A DNA stretch of 64,000 nt. Source: Octopus bimaculoides (taxonomy: Eukaryota). Location of the stretch: assembly GCF_001194135.2 (NCBI RefSeq), contig NC_068985.1, positions 110,366,602 to 110,430,601 on the forward strand, written 5' to 3'. Under the pieces are notes generated by a model. That model saw only the letters and a list, made by a program, of their open reading frames with translations, did no database searches and was not told where the DNA came from. This document shows, piece by piece, positions 61,801-64,000 of the stretch (position 1 is the first letter of the stretch; each line of letters opens with the position of its first letter). Both the position numbers and the translations under genes were made by a program.

Positions 61801-64000
61801 GTCAATGCGATGATCATACACTACACACCTTCCTTCCAAGCACTGCTGTAAACAGCAGAAGTGAGCTAGAATGTTAAAGCTTAGTGTGCATACATAGCAG
61901 TGTTCAAGGTCAATCCATGGCAACAGTCCAGATACTTATTGATCAGACCGTGTATGTATGTGCAAGTATAGAAATGTATCTGTGTCTGGAAATGAACATA
62001 AGAAGAAAATGGTGTATGTCTGGTATAAGTATTATAATTCCACTTTGTCTTAGAAGTACCCATAACCAGTTGTTAGAACACAATATATTGGATCATCCCA
62101 TCAGTAATGCAGTTTTTTCAATTGCTTGAACTAAAAGTCAGAGGAGGACAGGATAAACTACCTGCTTCAACTTGCTATATAGTAATTTTACCTTGAACTT
62201 ATTCTTAGTGCAAGTTTTGAAGAGTGCAGTTCGATTTTAACAGTTATTTTTTCAAAGCTATAATAGAAGTGGCAAAGGAGCATATTCAGCATATTTTGCT
62301 TTATGAGTTCCATAAAGACACCAACTCAACAGAAAGTGTGAGGAATATATATGCAATATATGGGGATTGGACAATAAGCATAAGCCAGTGTCAACTGTGG
62401 TTCCAGAAATTCTGTGCTGGAAACTACAGCCTGGAAGATGAGCCTCGTCCTGGAAGATCTGTAGAGCTCAACGAAGACATCTTGCAAACCTTAGTGGAAC
62501 AAAGTTCCATTGCAACTGTTGAGGAACTAGCAGAGAAGCTTGGATTTGGTCATTCAACCAGTCATTGGAGTCTGTACTAGAAGAAAAATGACCATCTTTA
62601 GTTTCAAGACGAAAGATGTTCTTCCATCAGGATAACGTTCAGCCACATACGGCAAGGATGATATTTCAAAGCTGAAGCAGTTTGAATGGGAAGCGATGCC
62701 CCACCCACCATATTCGTCAGACATTGCCCCATCTGATTATCATTTATTCTGCAGTCTTCAAAATCATTTGGATGGACAAAATATAAATTCTGTAGACGAG
62801 GTCAGAACAGTAATGGAGGAACATTTTTTGTCATGGACAAGTGAACTTTGGAAGAGGGGCCTTGCAAATTTATCAGATAGATGGAAGAGTATTATAGAAA
62901 ATGAAGGAGAGTATATTTTAGATTAAAAAGAATTTTCTTTATCTTAATTCTGAAAAATAAAAGAAGTATAAAAAGAAAACACATTATTTATGGGATGACT
63001 CAATACTTATACCTTACAGTGTTAATAAGTTTTGACACTGAGATGTAAATTTTCTTGTCTGTATGTGTGCAGCTATATATTTAAATGCTTTTCTCAATGA
63101 AGAAATACTTTTTGTAATTGGCTCTGAAGAAGTTATAAGATATCACACTGGTACTCATCTTTGGGTGCACAGTGCCTTGTAGCCAAAACAGCAGTAAGCT
63201 AATGAAAGTCATTACTTAACTCTTGTTTATTTGTCTTTCATTTATTAATTATGTATAAAAGTTAAATAAGCCTCATTAAGGGATAATAATATCCAATGAA
63301 TTTACTGGTTTCTTACCTTTTACTTATTTTGAATATTAGATTTAATATTCAAAAATAGGTACTTAAATAAGCTGAGGTTTATATTTATTTAAGAAAAATA
63401 AGAAAATAGAGGTAAATTAAAGTTTGAATCAAAATCGCTATCAGAGATTATGTCTATTTTTGCGATTGATAAAATTAATTATTAATTGATTTATCTCTAT
63501 TTTCTTATTTTTCTTATTAGTTATATATACATCCAAGTAATTTTTATTTGCCTATCATGGTACTTAAATGAGAATGAGATGTAAAGGGACAATGTTTTTG
63601 AGATTCCGGTTCGAATGACATGAGTGTTTCTGTTTCACTTTTGACACGTAATACTTAAATAGTGGAGGAGATATGATGTTACTGTGGGCTGGAAGTATGC
63701 AAGAAGTTAAAATTTTTTTTGACTAAAACACAACCGGGACCCTAAGTAAGGCATGTGTAAAATTTGAATGAAATTGGTTGTGTAGTTCTGGTGTTTTAGG
63801 GATTCACACAGACAGACACACAGACATACATTCTCACTTTTATATATATAGATAGATATATATTTACATTATGTAAAGGCATCTAATTCTTTTTTTTTTT
63901 TTTTTGTATTTTCAGGGTGTATGGCTAGTTTCTTTTCTTGGAACTGTCATCTTAGATGTTGACTATGGTCTTGCAGTGGGTGTTATTTTCTCACTACTCA
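21622..64000 (+). CDS. SLC26A5: SLC26/SulP anion transporter, prestin (SLC26A5)/SLC26A6-like; 11 coding exons in window, 3' part (STAS domain) outside window
   Basis: Exons joined by hand via GT..AG introns keep one frame over 1630 nt. The protein is colinear with vertebrate prestin: RPVYS N-terminal motif, [92 protein letters not shown]. The family is certain; one-to-one orthology to SLC26A5 versus A6/A2/A4 is not established, so the symbol is approximate. Confidence 0.93.
22708..22947 (-). mobile_element. SINE family C, young copy in intron 1
   Basis: (CAT)n CGTTTAACGTCCGCTTTCCATGCTAGC...; CpGs intact; runs into an N gap. Confidence 0.88.
24645..25505. repeat. 38-bp minisatellite (GATGGTAGCAACACTAGTAGGTATGGTAGTGGTCAAGT)n, spanning an N gap
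   Basis: Unit starts at 24645, 24683, 24721, 24759, 24797 and 24835; about 4 more units follow the gap. It decays into GGT/AGT-rich sequence to about 26050. Confidence 0.92.
26610..27100 (-). mobile_element. Non-autonomous Helitron-like element
   Basis: Minus-strand 3' end GGGCAACGCCGGG..CTAG|T at 26610; three internal GGAAA.CC..TAAGGAATCAGTTTA repeats. The 5' end is uncertain. Confidence 0.5.
31190..31430 (+). mobile_element. Decayed LINE AP-endonuclease fragment
   Basis: [14 protein letters not shown] (GDFNAH-like) then, after a frameshift, ...ELSDHF (SDH motif). Confidence 0.5.
31555..31730. mobile_element. piggyBac-like MITE
   Basis: Ends CTCTTTAGC.TTCAAATT / TTTCAATGCTAAAGGG|TTAA; same family as 49380-49589. 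Confidence 0.6.
31978..32088 (+). CDS. SLC26A5: SLC26 coding exon 2 ([38 protein letters not shown])
   Basis: tctgcag| acceptor, ATTG|gtaggt donor, 111 nt, phase 1-1; sulfate-transporter signature region. Confidence 0.95.
32171..32272 (+). mobile_element. SINE family C 3' fragment about 80 nt after exon 2
   Basis: Near-exact reverse complement of 22715-22817. Confidence 0.88.
32473..32710 (+). mobile_element. tRNA-derived SINE family A, young full copy
   Basis: A/B-box-like head (GCTGGC.GAAACGTTAG...GAGTTCAAATTCC) and a central CTTTCATCCTTTCGGGGTCGATAAATTAAGTACCAG block that from memory resembles the MetaSINE/MESC domain (unverified). Other copies at about 12981, 27805, 36305 (+) and 32745, 55880 (-). 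Confidence 0.85.
32953..33380 (-). mobile_element. SINE family C, long copy in intron 2
   Basis: Includes the 5' tandem modules (reverse complement of GGTGGCACGTAAAA...). Confidence 0.85.
33488..33756 (+). CDS. SLC26A5: SLC26 coding exon 3 ([11 protein letters not shown]...VTFLVGCIQ)
   Basis: attgtag| acceptor, CAG|gtatgg donor, 269 nt, phase 1-0. Confidence 0.93.
34018..34207 (-). mobile_element. SINE family C copy in intron 3
   Basis: Family consensus match; followed by a (TATATGGA)-type microsatellite. Confidence 0.85.
35581..36067. repeat. Compound direct plus inverted duplication X-Y-spacer-X-Y' upstream of exon 4
   Basis: X at 35581-35628 and 35881-35924; Y at 35638-35779 is the reverse complement of 35927-36067. 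Confidence 0.9.
36105..36269 (+). CDS. SLC26A5: SLC26 coding exon 4 ([10 protein letters not shown]...GPLKLIY)
   Basis: tttccag| acceptor, TAT|gtaagt donor, 165 nt, phase 0-0; [14 protein letters not shown] motif. Confidence 0.95.
37806..37967 (+). CDS. SLC26A5: SLC26 coding exon 5 (SYRDFFSN...MPVPIELIM)
   Basis: ttatcag| acceptor, ATG|gtaagt donor, 162 nt, phase 0-0; PVPIEL motif. Confidence 0.93.
38075..38930 (+). mobile_element. Two diverged copies of another tRNA-derived SINE
   Basis: Heads near 38080 and 38617 with a shared TTGAG.AAGACACTTTATTTCAC.TTGCTCCAGT..ACT.AGC.GTAAA body. Confidence 0.6.
39183..39483 (+). mobile_element. SINE family D, 5'-truncated, intron 5
   Basis: Body and CGTCGTCATAACTGACGGAGTGCCAAC 3' end match 49798-50183. 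Confidence 0.85.
41049..41131 (+). CDS. SLC26A5: SLC26 coding exon 6 ([28 protein letters not shown])
   Basis: attcag| acceptor, GG|gtgagt donor, 83 nt, phase 0-2; VG.IP.G motif. Confidence 0.92.
41699..41846 (+). CDS. SLC26A5: SLC26 coding exon 7 (G-IPPPTPPP...[10 protein letters not shown]...[10 protein letters not shown])
   Basis: gtttcag| acceptor, CAG|gtaaca donor, 148 nt, phase 2-0. Confidence 0.94.
42603..43111 (-). mobile_element. SINE family B, young copy with N gap in its internal microsatellite
   Basis: Both halves match the consensus; CpGs retained. Confidence 0.88.
44945..45058 (+). CDS. SLC26A5: SLC26 coding exon 8 ([38 protein letters not shown])
   Basis: ttgcag| acceptor, CAG|gtaaag donor, 114 nt, phase 0-0; TM10 SLSRS anion-site motif. 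Confidence 0.95.
45337..46611 (-). mobile_element. Full-length (1275 bp) decayed mariner (DD34D) transposon
   Basis: TA-flanked TIRs TCAGGTCATTAAGAATGAAAT(A/G)TCTG(G/A)TTTT; minus-strand WFEKF..GDF.LE.QPRGRP, WVPHEL and [16 protein letters not shown] motifs; internal stops. Confidence 0.93.
46622..46905. repeat. Degenerate about 32-bp minisatellite rich in GTGAACTGTTTAC
   Basis: Repeated GTGAACTGTTTACT..TGTGGTATG units directly after the mariner TIR. Confidence 0.7.
47187..47264 (+). CDS. SLC26A5: SLC26 coding exon 9 ([26 protein letters not shown])
   Basis: ctgcag| acceptor, AAT|gtaagt donor, 78 nt, phase 0-0. Confidence 0.93.
48325..48465 (+). mobile_element. SINE family C 3' part
   Basis: GTTAGGAAGGGCATCCAGC...GTTAAACGATGATGATGAT. 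Confidence 0.85.
49380..49589. mobile_element. piggyBac-like MITE
   Basis: TTAA|CCCTTTAGCATTCAAATT ... AGTTTAAATCCTAATGGG|TTAA. Confidence 0.72.
49798..50183 (-). mobile_element. SINE family D, full-length young copy with (CAA)n tail
   Basis: tRNA-like head GGAGGTGCAATGGCCCAGTGGTTAGGGCAGCGGACTCGCGG...GGTTCCGATTCCC; CpG-rich. Confidence 0.9.
50598..50693 (+). CDS. SLC26A5: SLC26 coding exon 10 ([32 protein letters not shown])
   Basis: attccag| acceptor, TTT|gtaagt donor, 96 nt, phase 0-0. Confidence 0.94.
55034..55440. repeat. Local duplication, copy 1 (about 400 bp)
   Basis: Aligns by eye along its length with 58614-59027. Confidence 0.88.
55458..55847 (+). mobile_element. SINE family C, long copy with tandem 5' modules and (GAT)n tail
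   Basis: Three to four about 60-70-bp GTGGCACGTAAAA..CACC modules precede the GGAAGGGCATCCAGC core. Confidence 0.88.
56391..56618. mobile_element. piggyBac-like MITE
   Basis: TTAA|CCCTTTAGCATT ... GAGTGCTAAAGAG|TTTAA. Confidence 0.65.
58614..59027. repeat. Local duplication, copy 2
   Basis: Aligns with 55034-55440; ends in (AT)n at the Helitron junction. Confidence 0.88.
59028..59796 (-). mobile_element. Internally deleted Helitron (769 bp) retaining the PIF1 helicase C-terminus
   Basis: Minus strand starts A|TCTATCTATATATATA..TGTCTGTTTGTTTGTCTG and ends CCCG..CGG..CTAG|T (A|T target). Decayed [38 protein letters not shown] motifs at about 59330-59740. Internal 78-bp tandem pair at 59117 and 59195. 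Confidence 0.88.
59958..60430 (+). pseudogene. Frameshifted GIY-YIG endonuclease of Penelope-like type
   Basis: [22 protein letters not shown]...[15 protein letters not shown], then a frameshift to ITWSIV...QCDLCLSEK...[13 protein letters not shown]. Cys-rich N-terminus, IVY/YI(G), R..H, CxxC..E and N..E motifs. Confidence 0.85.
60952..61013 (+). ncRNA. Type I hammerhead ribozyme-like fold, catalytic core mutated
   Basis: Stem I GGGCUCAAUUU-A-UCAG / CUGG-AAAUUG-G-AGCCU; core CUGUUGA (A6>U); stem II UCG-GAAA-CGA; GCAA (A13>C); stem III ACU-CCA-AGU; GUA cleavage triplet ending 60997. Confidence 0.7.
61102..61952 (+). mobile_element. Non-autonomous mariner derivative with about 250-bp inverted arms
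   Basis: TA-flanked TIRs CGAGGTCTGATCAATAAGTATCCGGACTG / CAGTCCAGATACTTATTGATCAGACCGTG; HTH region ([24 protein letters not shown]) present; DDD catalytic domain absent. Confidence 0.9.
62088..63003 (+). mobile_element. Internally deleted mariner (DD34D) transposon
   Basis: TA-flanked TIRs TTGGATCATCCCATCAGTAATGC / CATTATTTATGGGATGACTCAA; [18 protein letters not shown] and [16 protein letters not shown]...[10 protein letters not shown] motifs. Confidence 0.92.
63700..63856 (-). mobile_element. Helitron-like non-autonomous element, 5' end only
   Basis: Minus strand starts A|TCTATCTATATATATAAAAG..TGTCTGTGTGTCTGTCTG, like the 59796 terminus. The 3' end was not found. Confidence 0.45.
63916..64000 (+). 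CDS. SLC26A5: SLC26 coding exon 11, truncated by window end ([28 protein letters not shown]...)
   Basis: Poly-T tract plus ttcag| acceptor at 63915; the frame-0 translation matches the last TM hairpin of SLC26 proteins (W..F....LD.DYGL). Confidence 0.9.

Overview
Eukaryotic, AT-rich, microsatellite-rich, gap-ridden genomic DNA. The repeat families and (TA)n/(CA)n/(CAT)n landscape suggest an octopus genome (inference, not verified). One protein-coding gene is supported: a + strand SLC26/SulP anion transporter of the prestin (SLC26A5)/SLC26A6-like type. Eleven coding exons (21622-64000, 1630 nt, about 543 codons) join in frame with GT-AG introns. They cover the N-terminus and essentially the whole transmembrane domain; the STAS domain lies beyond the window. 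The rest is intronic or upstream DNA packed with SINEs (at least four recurrent families), Tc1/mariner copies, hAT- and piggyBac-like MITEs, Helitron derivatives, RTE and APE-LINE relics and a Penelope-like GIY-YIG relic. Most interesting: (1) an RT-less Penelope-like unit of about 1.2 kb with a GIY-YIG remnant, a foldable but core-mutated type I hammerhead ribozyme and direct plus inverted terminal repeats; (2) a 141-bp near-perfect inverted duplication ending 37 nt before exon 4, a candidate dsRNA/ADAR substrate; (3) inverted SINE pairs bracketing in-frame exon blocks; (4) a mariner derivative with about 250-bp inverted arms; (5) a MITE with a telomere-repeat core; (6) a sharp CpG boundary near 12.2 kb that flags candidate promoters. 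No prokaryotic systems, CRISPR arrays or intact RNA genes were found. Most listed ORFs are artefacts of N-gaps, microsatellites or SINEs.
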